Shown: piece by piece, positions 1 to 12,366 of the stretch | Position numbering within the stretch: the first letter of the stretch is position 1 | How the letters are laid out: every line of letters begins with the position of its first letter | DNA from: Lama guanicoe | Lineage: Eukaryota | Direction of reading: 5' to 3' | Assembly: GCA_013239625.1 (NCBI GenBank) | Contig: MU053917.1 | Location: forward strand, 144,170-192,305 | DNA: 48,136 nt | The notes under the pieces: generated by a model | Seen by the model: the letters and a program-made list of their open reading frames with translations, nothing else | What the model was told of the DNA's origin: nothing | Databases searched by the model: none | Program-made: the position numbers and the translations under genes

Positions 1-1911
1 CTGTTTCCATGTCTTGGCTATTGTAAATAGTGCTGCTATGAACATTGGGGTGCAGGTGTCTTTTTGAAGTAGGATATATGCCCTTCTGGATATATGCCCA
101 GGAGCAGGATACCTGGGTCCTATGGTAAGTCTATTCCTAGTCTTTTGAGGAATTTCCATCCTGTTTTCCACAGTGGCTGCACCAAACTGCATTCCCACCA
201 GCAGTGTAGGAGGGTTCCTTTTTCTCCACAGCCTCTCCGGCATTTGTCATTTGTGGACTTCTATATGATGGCCATTCTGACTGGTGTGAGGTGATAACCT
301 CATTGTAGTTTTGATTTGCATTTCTCTGATAATTAGTGATATTGAGCATTTTTTCATGTGCCTATTGATCCTTTGTATGTCTTCCTTGGAGAATTGCTTG
401 TTTAGGTCTTCTGCCCGTTTTTGGATTGGGTTGTTTGTTTCTTACTGAGTTGTATGAGCTGCTTATATATTCTGGAGATCAATTCTTTGTTGGTTTCATT
501 TGCAAAAATTTTCTCCCATTCTGTAGGTTGTCTTTTTGTTTTACTTGGTTTCCTTTACTTTGGTTTCCTTTGCTGTACAGAAGCTTCTAAGTTTAATTAG
601 GTCCCATTTGTTTATTCTTGCTTTTATTTCTGTTGCTTGGGTTGACTGCCCTAGGAGAACATTTTTGAGATGTATGTCAGATGATGTTTTGCCTATATTT
701 TCTTCTAGGATGTTTATTATATCTTGTTTTATGTTTAAGTCTTTGATCCATTTTGAGTTTATTTTTGTGTATGGCGTAAGGGAGTGCTCTAGCTTCATTG
801 CTTTACATGCTGCTGTCCAGTTTTCCCAACACCATTTGCTGAAGAGACTGTCTTTACTCCATTGTGTATTCTTGACTCCTTTGTCGAAGATTAGTTGACC
901 AAAAGTTTGTGGGTTCATTTCTGGGCTCTCTATTCTGTTCCATCGGTCTAGATGTCTGTTTTTGTACAATACCATGCTGTCTTGATGACTGTAGCTCTAT
1001 AGTATTGTCTGAAGTCTGGGAGAGTTATTCCTCCAGCCTCGTTCTTTCTCTTCAGTAATGCTTTGGCAATTCTAGGTCTTTTGTGGTTCCATATGAATCT
1101 TACTATGATTTGTTCTAGTTCTGTGAAATATGTCCTGGGTCATTTGATAGGGATTGCATTAAATCTGTAGATTGCCTTGGGGAGTATGACCATTTTAACA
1201 ATATTGATTCTTCCAATCCAGGAGCGTGGGATATCTTTCCATTTTTTTAAGTGTTCTTTAATTTCCTTAATCAGTGTCTTATAGTTTTCCGTTTGTAAGT
1301 CTTTCACCTCCTTGGTTAGATTCATTCCTAGGTATTTTATTACTTTGGGTGCTATTTTAAAGGGGATTGATTCTTTACTTTCTTTTTCTGTTGATTAATC
1401 GTTAGTGTAAAGAAATGCAACTGGTTTTGAACATTAATCTTGTAACCTGCTACCTTGCTGAATTCTTTGATTATTTCTAGTAGTTTTTGTGTGGACCTTT
1501 TAGGGTTTTCTATACATANNNNNNNNNNNNNNNNNNNNNNNNNNNNNNNNNNNNNNNNNNNNNNNNNNNNNNNNNNNNNNNNNNNNNNNNNNNNNNNNNN
1601 NNNNNNNNNNNNNNNNNNNNNNNNNNNNNNNNNNNNNNNNNNNNNNNNNNNNNNNNNNNNNNNNNNNNNNNNNNNNNNNNNNNNNNNNNNNNNNNNNNNN
1701 NCTCGTCTTGTATTTTAGTGGGAAGCTTTTGAGTTTTTCAGCATTGACTACTATGCTGGCTGTAGGTTTGTCATATACAGCTGTTATGATGTTGAGATCT
1801 GTTCCCTCTGTACCCACTTTGCTGAGCGTTTTTATCATATAGGGGTGTTGAATTTTATCAAATGCTTTTTCTGCATCGATTGAGATAATCATGTGGCTTT
1901 TGTCCTTTCCG
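1..1911 (-). mobile_element. Young LINE-1 fragment (ORF2 RT to C-terminal region), spanning an assembly gap
   Basis: Minus-strand ORFs 137-349, 541-975, 1140-1325 and 1500-1949 translate to L1 ORF2 motifs ([53 protein letters not shown]), broken by stops and frameshifts. Confidence 0.95.
1519..1701. other. Assembly gap (183 N)
   Basis: Run of N. Confidence 0.99.
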
Positions 1912-4900
1912 GTGAAGTGCTTTTTGACATTGAAAATCTGTCCTCTCATCTGCTGTTAACATCTTGAGAATCCAGTTTACAGTGGTTTTACAGTTCTTTG
2001 TAGTATTGTTTGAAGGCTTTGGTGCGTACCTCTAAATCTTTTTTTGGCTTAATAATAATAGGTTCTGCTATCTAAAAGAAAGCAAGTATGGGTGACTTCT
2101 TTTGGCAAAAGATTAGTGGACTAGGAAAATGATGGTATTGCTGAACTGGAGTTTGGAGTTAATACATGGACTTAACTTACATGTTTTTCTAAGTTCCTAT
2201 CGGGGTGTTTAATTGAGAACTGAGTGTATCTTAGAATTCTCTCTACATTTGCCTTTGCTCTGAATCACAGAAGGCACTCAGTATGTATTTGTTGAATGAC
2301 AAGAAATGATTGATTGAAACCAGCTAACCTAGCTGCCCAGATTAGATGGGCGTCCTCCGTGTTGTCGGTTCTTGTTTAGAGGCAGAGATGGTAGAATCCT
2401 CTTGTCTGTCTCTCCTGACCTGTGCTGGAAAACTGAAGCTGCTCTTCTGATTTCTGCCCTTGTCCCTCGTCCTTTTGTGGCCAACCCAGTGGTACTACTT
2501 TTACTCCTTTGTTTTTATTGGCACCAACTTGGCTTCTGTAGAGACCAAGGCCCTAGTAGGCTAAGTTTGACTAAATGTGGGTTTGGAGAGTTTTCATCTG
2601 CTTTTGTGTGTAGATAATTCAAAGTTTAAGGAGGGCAGTGTTTATCCTACTACAGACTGGAAGTTCGGGAAAAGTAATGACAAAAGCTCAACATGTATAA
2701 ATAGACATAAGAAATATGTGTTGGCTTTTCTTTCCTCAGTGGTGAGAGGACTGGCTAGAAGTGTCCGAGTGTACAGTCCAATGCCAGACAGCCAGGACAT
2801 TCTCTGGACCCCGGCCCGGGCCAGTGCAGAAGCACCGCACTGTGTGCGCTCCCCTGGCTGGCATGAGGCCCCCGGAACCTGTAAGTACTGTTGTCATCTC
2901 AGAGCTGGCAGAAGAATTTTGTAGGTTTTACAGCCCCTCCTGCTGTAGTTGCTGACGCAGGACAGTAGATGAGTTGGTGTGGCCCTGGGTCACATGCATA
3001 CTCATTTACTGGTGAACTTAGTCTCATGTTCGTATCATGCTTGGCAGCCTGTGAGAACGCAGGGCACAGACATACCCATGTGCATTGCTTAAGTGATTGC
3101 TTTTGATGAATTAAATCTTCGGGGTATTAACTGCAGAGTTAGTAAGCACAAACGAATTTTGGGAAAATGTGTCAGTTATATGAGTTAAAATGTCCCAGTA
3201 GTAGATGGACATCTTTGGTAAACCTTGTCAATTTGGCTTTTATTATAACACATGTTTTGGTTGGGAATTTACCTGAAGGTTTGCCTTCATTAGCTCTTAA
3301 CAGATTGCCAGCCTATCTCAGTACCATTCTGTTTTCTAAGTAGATTAATAATTTAGAGATCAGAAATTATAAATTTGAGTAGGGAGAGTACTGGAACCCC
3401 TGAGGGAGAGTAAACTTACAAGACTTTACAAAAAGGAGGAAGGAGCATTAGCAAAGATACACACATGAGGAGCCTGTCCCAGTGTTGATTTGCATCCTCG
3501 TGTGTGGCAGGACATGTTCAGACAGCACTGCCCTTATCCATCGCATGGAGCAGCTCTCTACTTTAATAGAAAATCTCACCCGACAAGTGTATCTCATGTG
3601 TGTCTAACGTTTGGGGTGCTTTGGGGTCAGTATAACAAGCTCTGGATGTTGTATTTGCAAACCTTCCTAAGGAACCTAAACGGAAGGTTGTTGAGTTCGC
3701 TAAGGGTCAAGTGTGAACTCACATTTAGTGGAGAGGGAATTTCTGAGGGTAAATTGCATCTAATGCTGTGGCCTGGGCAGATGAGACGAGGTAGCATAGA
3801 AGTTGGCTTCTGGTGTGTCTGGGCTCAGCCCTTTACTATAAACGTTGTTACGCTGGCTAATAAAACATTGGGTAAGCATTTGGGTTGTCCTCAGGCAGAA
3901 TGCGGCCTGTCCTCCCCTCTAGATTGTGATTCCAGACACATCCTTTTCCGGGAACATCACTGCCCTCTACTGGGCCTGAGAGGGGAATCACAGCCTTGCC
4001 CAGGGCCAAACACATGAGGCTGAAATCCTTTCCACCCATTTCCCTTGTGACTCAGTGAGGAAGGCTGGACAGGTGGGTGGTGAGGAAGGGATGCTGAGAG
4101 CTGCCTCCACCTTGCGCAGGGGAGAGGAGGCCTGGCGCCCACTTCTGCCCTGGTTCCTCACATTCACATTCAGGCTGAAGGCCCTCTAGGCTGAGTATCA
4201 CAGGGCAATTTTCTCATCTGGGACCTGAGTTAAGGAGGTTTCTTTCCTTCTCCTGCCCTGTGGTGGGTTTTCTGAACAACTGGGCACTTTTGAAATCTGA
4301 AGGCTCGGGCTCTCTGTTTCATTCAACAGGAAGTGGTTAGAGTAGTTAAAATCCCTTTCTCTCCAAGTCTGTACAGTTTGGTTCCAACCTAGACTGTGTC
4401 CCAAAAAGCTCAGCACGTAACCGTAGCGCTGAACGGAGCACTTTCTACTGTTCACGGGTCCACGTGAGAAAGGTAGGAGATGCAGATTTCATCACAGGGG
4501 AGGAAACACCCCAGAGTGCTGCAGCCCCTAGGGACAGTTCCTCTGACCTGGTTACAGTTCTTTTATACCCCTCCTTCTGCCCCCACATCCACCTGCTCCC
4601 AGACAGGCCACTAACTCTTGTTGTGATTTATTTAGGACCATGCAGTGGATCGAGGAATCTGAATCTATGGGGAGACAACCAACAGCCTGTCCGTGCCCTG
4701 GGGTCACGCTGATGGGCCAGCTCAGCAACACAGGATCATTTTTTCTCCCACCGTTGTTGACCCAGTCGATGAATATGTGAGTCTGATACTTGTTCTTTTG
4801 AGCATTTTGTAACCTCTTGCCTGGTTGGAGGGTGAAATTAAGCTTTCTTCTTTAGAAGTGCTGTGCTGACAGTCGAGTCCTGTCTCTTGTGTGATAGTCA

Positions 4901-5479
4901 CATTTTATATGACTTTCTCTGACCTGGCCAATCAGAATCCTCCCCAGCTTGGGGTTGGTGACATGGGGCTGTGCTTGGCGATGCAGTGGGGGCCAAGGCT
5001 GAGGCAGGAGACCTGGAGCCCCCTCTGGAAATCCTAGACCCTGGACCTTCCTCCAGCAAAGGGTGCTGTCCCCTCCCTGGTGATCCTGCCTCCTGGCCTC
5101 CTGTCCTGAGCCCTGCTGGGATCCTCTCACCTGGACCTGCATCAGGGGAGTTGCCTTTGAGAAGGCCTGTCATCGTCCAGGGCTTACTTTTCTTTATATT
5201 GTCTGCTCACTTTCCTGTTGGTTCTTAGTATCTTTTTACATTGATTTGAAGACTTATTTTTAAAATCTCTGTTATCTAGAGCCCCTGGGCTCAGGCACTG
5301 GACGCCTGCTGACGAGGGCCAGCGTGGTGCGAGCGCCAGCTGCACAGGGAGGCCGATGTTGGGCCCCTCCCGGCCTGTGCACAGCGCCCCGCAGCCCTGG
5401 CTGGGCCCAGCCTGGCTGGGGAGGCCTCACGGCCCCTGCGGGGGGTGGGCAGGCCAGGCCCCACAAGGCCTGAAGAATT

Positions 5480-5870
5480 TTTTTTTAATTTTGTGTAAGT
5501 TAATTTTTTATTGGTTCTTTTCTCCTGTGACTACTCGTTTCCTGGTCTGCTGTTGCAGGTGAATTTTATTTTGTTTCTTTCTTGCTCATACAGAATATTC
5601 CAGTTGATCCAGTAACCATGCCTTAATTCAGTTAGTAATTGTAAATGTCATTGGATTATGGTGGATTTTCCATGCATGTAATAATGCCTTGCACACAGAA
5701 TGAGAGTTTTCTTGCTTAACACTTGATCTCTATGCCTCCTATTTTGTTGTCATTATTGCATTATTGTCCGGACAGTGTCTTCAGTATAGTATTGACTAGA
5801 AGGGGTGAAAACTGGCATCTGGTTCTGGCTGCAGAGAAAGCTTTCAGTATCTGCACATTAATTATAGCTT
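5480..5870 (-). mobile_element. Old, degraded L1 fragment
   Basis: T-rich antisense L1 ORF2-like wording, e.g. ttcagtatagtattgactagaaggggtga...gagaaagctttcagt. Confidence 0.5.
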
Positions 5871-5872
5871 AT

Positions 5873-6411
5873 TGTTATGAGTCCAAACTCATTCTGCTCT
5901 CTGCATGACAGGCCTGTAAATCAGGAGACAAGGTGTCAGAGCCAGAAATAGCAACTTTATTCAGAAAGCTGGGGTGACGGACGCAGAAGATTGCCAACTG
6001 ATGTCCCGGAGAACGGTGTTCTCCAAGTCAGAATTCAGGCTCCTTTTATACTAAAAAGAGGAAAGGGAGTGCTTGGTTGTTGCAAACTTCTTGGTGTAGG
6101 AATTCCTTGTTCTTGGAATCCTGTGTTTTTGCAGCTGTCCGTGTGGGTCAGATCATGGTGTCCCTGTAAACCTCCAACAAAATAAGTGTTATTTTCTATT
6201 CTGCAACTTGTTATCTTCATGTGAATGGAAATGTGTTAATATCCTTAAGTGTCAGAGTCTTGAGAATAGGCTCTCCTGTACATGTCAGGCTGTTGGCAAC
6301 ATTGTTTCTCAAAAGATGCAGAGCCAGACAGACTGAGCCTAGGAAACAGCACAGGGTTAAAGTCAAAGGAACAGATCTGATAGGGAGTCAGGTTTGTTCT
6401 TTTCTGTTCCA
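5873..6411 (-). mobile_element. ERV1-type solo LTR
   Basis: TG...CA termini with flanks ttat/tcat (degenerate 4-bp TSD). AATAAA on the minus strand near 5956. Colinear similarity to the element at 47027-47545. Confidence 0.8.
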
Positions 6412-7439
6412 TCATCAGTTCACTTAGATGATCAGCTTCAGGAAGTTGTGGGCTCTCCTTTTGTTTTCTTTTTGGTTCATGGTGCTCAGATTGTGTTTCT
6501 CCCAGTCTGGATTCTAAATATTACTGGCCTCATCATGCTCACTCATGTTAGATTCATTTTTCTATTTCCTTCCTCTGCACTTTACTTCGCAGTTGTGTCT
6601 AGTAAAAAGCCAGTTTTCAGTCTGTTTCCTTCCAAAGAAGGTGGACAGTCCTGTCAGTGGAATTGCTGTTGGTGAAGAAGTAAAGATGGGAGTCTTTATT
6701 AGAGATCTTCTACCTCAGGGAGAGGAGTAACGACAGCTGAAGTGACCTGGGTAATTGCAACCGCCTGCAGGACCTGCCTGCACAGTTGCAGGTTTCTGTA
6801 AAGTGGAATGCAATTGTCACTTTTGTGTTTGAACAAAAGGCAAGAACTTGTCCTTTTATGTTCCTGTCTTGTGCTGTTTGGATTTTCTTGGACAGCTGAG
6901 TGTGTGATTCCTGAAATTGGGCATGTGGAGTCCATGAAGATGAATGCCTGGTGCAGGATGCCTTCTCCTCATTCCAGCGTTGCTTATCCTGAAGGGTTTG
7001 CACCGTCTCATCAGAATGGGTGTTACTGTGGACATATGTTACTATGCCGTAGAGTAAGCCCATCCCTGCCACCCCCACCTTCCTCTCCCACTCGGGAAAC
7101 GGCAGGAATAGGGCCCACAATATGTTTTTCTCACAGAACCACAATTAGACAGTTGCCAAGTTAGTAATAGCAGCCCTCCTCTGTGTAGCAAAACAAAACA
7201 GACACACACATCAAACCTCAACACTGTTAATGAGCTGATTCTGGATGTGCTGCACTCTTTTCAGCTTCATTTACGTGTTTTTATTTAGTGGGAAGATGCC
7301 TACAAACAGTGGAGTGTCCCATTGTTACCTTGTGTAGAGAGAGACCAAGACTAACCTGTGCTAATGCTTTTACTGCGGCAGCTACTGCACTAGGACCACT
7401 GCCCACCTTCCTTGTATTTATCTTACTGCAGTTTTCAAA

Positions 7440-7850
7440 GCAACGTCAGCCCCATTCTTTCTCAGTACAACTGTCCACGATAGGCGATGCGGGTTTCATA
7501 TCCTACATTTTATGCGTAAATGAGAATTGAAGTTCAGAGAGTTGAAGTGGCCGGAATCAGAAGTGATTAAGTAGTGAGATGTAGTGTAGTAAGATGCAAA
7601 TCTGCCTGTGCACTTTTGTTCTGGTCCCAAGTTTTAGCTAATTGAAAGGCAGGTCTGAATCCTGGCTGGCTCTGCTACTTGCTGTCTTGGGAAAATTGTT
7701 TAAGTTCTCCAAGCCACAGTTTCATTGTCTATAAAATACCTACGATACAGATCGTGTTATGTTTGTCTTGTAAGTGAGATAATGTGAATTAGCACAATGA
7801 TCACCAAAGGAAGTGCCTAGGGTTACCTTCATTATTATTATTACTAATGT
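7440..7850. mobile_element. MIR SINE relics
   Basis: MIR core-like motifs: cattttatgcgtaaatgagaattgaagttcagagagttgaagt and gaatcctggc...cagtttcattgtctataaaat. Confidence 0.6.
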
Positions 7851-7902
7851 TGTTAAATGTATGCATTATCCCAAATACATTCTCTTAGAAAGTGCATAGT
7901 GC

Positions 7903-9565
7903 TTTTGTTTTCATTGAGATGTAATAGACATAACTTTATATTAGGTTCTGGCATACAACAAAATGACTTGATATTTGTATATATTGTGAAATGATTACCA
8001 CAGGAAGTTTAGTTAACTTCCATCGTCATATATATTTGTACTTTTTTTGTGTGATAAGATTCTATTCCGTTAGTAATATCGGATATTTTATATGATGATA
8101 TTACCAGTGGTCACCATGCTGTGTGTGTTGTGACCCCATTTTATTTTGTAAATGAAAATTGGTATCCTTTGACCCCAATTCACCAGTATTGCCCCTCTCC
8201 TCCCCACAGCTGACGACCACCAGTGTGTTCTCTGTGAGCTTGTTCTTGATTTTGTCTTACTTAGTTTCTACTTGTAAGTGAAATCAGGCATGTTCATCTC
8301 TGTCTGATTTATTTCATTTAGCATTAATGTCCACAGGGTCAGTCCATGTTGATGCAAATAGCAAGATTTCATTCTTTTTAATGACTTAATACTATTTTGT
8401 TAGATATATACACACATACCCGATTTTCTTTGTCTGTTCATCCATCCGTGGACACTTCAGTTGTTTCTGTATCGTGATGATTGTAACTGATGCTGCAGTG
8501 AAGATGGGGAAGCAGATACTGTCTCAAATCAGTGTTTTGATTTCTTTCAGATAAATGAGTGGAATTGCTGGATCACATAATCGCCCTGTTTTTAGTATTT
8601 TGGGAAACTTCTCTGTTGTTTTACATTGTGGCTCTACTAATTTGCATTCCCAACAGTCACAGGTTTCCCTTTTCTCCGTGTCTTGCCTGCGCTTGTCATG
8701 CCTTGTGTTTCTGATAGTAGCTGTTCTAACCCACGTGAGGTGATATCTTGTGGCACTGATTTCTGTTTCCCCGCTGATTAGTGATACTGACCTTTCCATG
8801 TTTTAATCAGATTGGGGATTTTTAAATTGTTACTGAGTTGTAGTTTTTTTTTGTTTTGTTTTGTTTTGTGTGAATCAGCCCCTTTACAGTTACATTATTT
8901 GCAGTTCTTTTCTCTCATTCAGTAAGTTCCCTTTTCATGTTACTGTTGGTTTCCTTTGCTGTGCAGAAGATTTAAGCCTGATGTATCCCACCTGCTTATG
9001 TTTAATTTCGTTTCTTTTGATTTTGTTGTCAAATTCAAGAACTCACCACCAAGATTGCTGTCAGGAAGCTCACTTCACTACAGTTCTTTTCTCTCATTCA
9101 GTAAGTTCCCTTTTCATGTTACTGTTGGTTTCCTTTGCTGTGCAGAAGATTTAAGCCTGATGTATCCCACCTGCTTATGTTTAATTTCGTTTCTTTTGAT
9201 TTTGTTGTCAAATTCAAGAACTCACCACCAAGACTGCTGTCAGGAAGCTCACTGCCTGTGATTTGTTACAGTAGTTTTATGGTTTCAGGTCTTGCATTCA
9301 AGTCTTTCATGCATTTTGATTTGACTTTTGGGTATGGTAATAAGGTGTAGGAGTCCATTTCCATTCTTTTCTGCGTAGCTATCCAGGTTTCCCCACAGCA
9401 TGTAGTGGAGAAACTGTCCTTTCCCCATTGTGTGTTCTTGGCTCCCTTGTCATAAATTACTGATGCTATCTGCATGGGTTTATTTATGAGCTTTATTCTG
9501 GCCCGTTGATACATGTATCTGTTTTCAAGCCCAAACCATACTGTTTGGATTATTTTCACTTTGTC
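7903..9565 (-). mobile_element. Older LINE-1 3' fragment (3' UTR plus ORF2 end)
   Basis: Antisense L1 3' UTR wording. ORFs 8524-8799 and 9266-9610 give decayed ORF2 C-terminal motifs (RYHLT, WECKLV, DKGAKNTQWGKDS). Confidence 0.9.
8902..9253 (+). repeat. Tandem duplication of 173 bp (period 179) inside an L1
   Basis: 8902-9074 repeats at 9081-9253 with one visible substitution (aagattgctg vs aagactgctg). The junction filler is tcacta. Confidence 0.95.
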
Positions 9566-9852
9566 ATGGAAGTTGCTTTCTTTTACAGTTTTGCTAAGAG
9601 TTGTTTTCATGACTAGTTGATGAATTTTATTAAATACTCTTTTACATTTATCCTACTTAATCATTATTTTCTCATTGTGCTTTTCTGTTAATGGTATAAC
9701 TTACGTAATTAGTTTTGAATCTCAACTAGTCTTACATTTTCCAGTATAGTCTACTATTACTCTATTATGTTTATGTAATGGCTTAATTCATGTAATATTA
9801 TGTTTGAATACATACAGCATGGCCCTTCAGTTCTCTATATACTCCTTTTCAT

Positions 9853-11710
9853 ACTTTTTTATTATGACTTATTACAGGATATTGAAAAAGTTTTCCTGTG
9901 CTATACAGTAGGACTTTTTTATTTACTTGCTATGTAGTAGTTTATGTCTATAGTAGTTAGTATCTGCTCACCCTAAACTGCTAATGTATCCCCTCTCCTG
10001 CTTTCCACTTGGTAATCATTTTGTAAATAAGTTCATTGGTGGCATATTTTAGAGTCCACATGTGGTACCGTATGGTATTTGTCTTTCCGTAACCTGCTTA
10101 CTCAGTATGATAATTTCTCAGTCCATCCATGTTGCTGCAAATGGCATCATTTCATTCTTTTTTATGGCTGAGTTGTATTCTAGTGTGTGTTTGTGTGTGT
10201 GCATATACATGTATGTATATATAAAACCCTTGTTCTTTTACCCATTTATCTAACAAGGGACATTTAGGTTGCTTCCATGTCATGGCTCTTGTAAGTAGTG
10301 CTGCTTGAACATTCTGATGTATGTATCTTTCTAATTTAGTGTTTTCTCTGGGTAAGCCCGAGAGTGGGATAGCTGGATCGTATGGTACCTTCACTTTTAG
10401 TTTTTCAAGGAACCCTCATACTGTTTTTCATAATCATCGTACCAATTTATAGCCCCACCAACAGTGTAGGAGGGTTCCCTTTTCTGCCCATTGTCTCTGG
10501 CATTTGTTTTTGTAGACATTTTAATGATGGCCATTCTGACTGGCGTGAGGTGCTACCTCATTGTAGTTTTATGTGAATTTCTTTAATAATTAGCAATGTT
10601 GAGCATCTTTTCATGTGCCTGTTGGCCGTTTGTAGTTTTCTTTGGCGAAATGACTGTTAAGGTCTTCAGCCTGTTTTGGGGTTTGGATCATTTGCTTTGT
10701 TGTTGTTGTTGAGTTGCATATGCTATTTGTATATTTTGGAAATTAAGTCCTTTTTGGTCACATTGATTGCAGATATTTTCTCTGATTTCATAGTTTGTCT
10801 TTCGTTTCCTTTATGGTTTACTTTGCTGCACAGAAACGTGTAAGTTTGATTAGGTCCCTTTTGTTTATTTGTACTTTTTTTCCTTGCCTTGCGAGGCTGA
10901 CCTAAGGATACATTGCTACAATTTATGTCCGAGAATGTTTTGCCTATGTTCTCTTCTAAGAGTGTTATGGTGTCATGTCTCATATTTCAGTCTCGAAGCC
11001 ATTGTGAGTATATTTTTGTGTCTGGTGTGAGGGAGTGTCCTAACTTCATTGATTTACACGCTCTGTCCAGTTTTCCCAACACCATTTGCTGAAGAGACTG
11101 TCTTTTCTCCATTGTATATTCTTGCTTCCTTTGCTGAAGACAATTGACTCGGGTCTGTGTGTTTATTTCTGGGCTTTCTATTCTGTTCCATTGATCCAGA
11201 GATGTGTTTTTATGCCAGTGCCACACTGTTTTGATTACTGTAGCTCTGTAGTATTGTCTGAAGTCTGGGAAGGTTATTCCTCCAGCTTCATTCTTTTTCT
11301 TCAGTAATGCTTTGGCAATTCTGGGTCTTTCATGGTTCCATATAAATTTTAGGGTTATTTGTTCTAGTTCTGTGAAAAATGTCCTGGGTAACTTGATAAG
11401 GATTGCATGAAATCTGTAGATTGCCCTAGGCAGTATTGCCATTAAAACAATAGCAATTCTTCCAATTCAAGAGCATGGAGTAACTTTTCATCTCTTTAAG
11501 TCAACTTTAGTTTCTTTAATCAATGTTTCATAGTTCTCCATGTATGAGGCTTTCACCTGCTTGGTCAGATTTATTCCTGAGTATTTTATTGTTCTGGATG
11601 CGATTTTAAAAGGGATTGTTTTTTACTTTCTTTTCCTGCTGTTTCATTGTTAGTGTAAAGAAATGCAACTGATTTGTGTATGTTAATCTTGTATCCTGCC
11701 ACCTTGCTTC
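9853..11710 (-). mobile_element. LINE-1 3' fragment (3' UTR plus ORF2)
   Basis: ORFs 10152-10394, 10723-10983 and 10987-11442 translate to L1 ORF2 ([34 protein letters not shown]). Confidence 0.95.
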
Positions 11711-12366
11711 ATGTTTTTATATGACTTCTCTGTCCTTTTATACTGTTCCCTTAGGGTTAGTTGATTTTCTTCATTGTTACGTTAGTGTTTTTCTCACTTG
11801 TTTTTGCATATCTAATGTAGGTTTTTGGTTTACGGTCACCATGAAGTTCATATATGTTGCTCTGTTACAGTAGCTGTTTGTCTTAAAGTGATTGTCATTT
11901 AAGAAGTTTTAAAAGATCTACTGTTTTACTCCCTGCTCCGTTTTTTGTTTTTGATTTTACTTTTTTACATCTTCATGTGCCTCCTGTAAGTTTTAATTAC
12001 AGTTGGTTTTACAGGTTTTGTCCTTCAGTCTTTGCAGTAGCTTAGTTAAGTAGTTGATTCACAGCCATTGCTCCTTTTTTGCCTTTAAAGTGGATTTTCC
12101 CCCTTCCCATAAGTTCTTCTTTCTTGTTACAGCCTTTCTTTTCCAGATAAAGAAGACCTTTTAATACTTTCTGTAAGGTCAGTTTAGGATTGATGAACCC
12201 AGTTTTTGCTCATCTGAGAAGCACTTTAACTCTCTTTCAGTTGTGACTATTAACTTTGCTGAGTGCGTAGCCTAGGTTCTAGGTTTTTCCCTTTGATTTC
12301 TTGAAATATCTCATGCCTGTTCCTTCTGGCCTGCAATGCCTCTGCTGAAAAATGGCTGATAGGCCT
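11711..12366 (-). mobile_element. Older L1, ORF1 C-terminus and inter-ORF region (3' part of a split element)
   Basis: Minus-strand peptide FSAEALQARRNRHEIFQEIKGKNLEPR resembles L1 ORF1. The element resumes at about 15000. Confidence 0.75.

Noticed and set aside
5281..5470. Short GC-rich island within AT-rich decayed L1-like sequence
   Set aside because: No TSD, recognisable source or promoter evidence could be established.
6630..7164. Coding-looking stretches (KVDSPVSGIAVGEEVKMG, TAECVIPEIGHVE)
   Set aside because: No family recognised, and splice sites are unclear.
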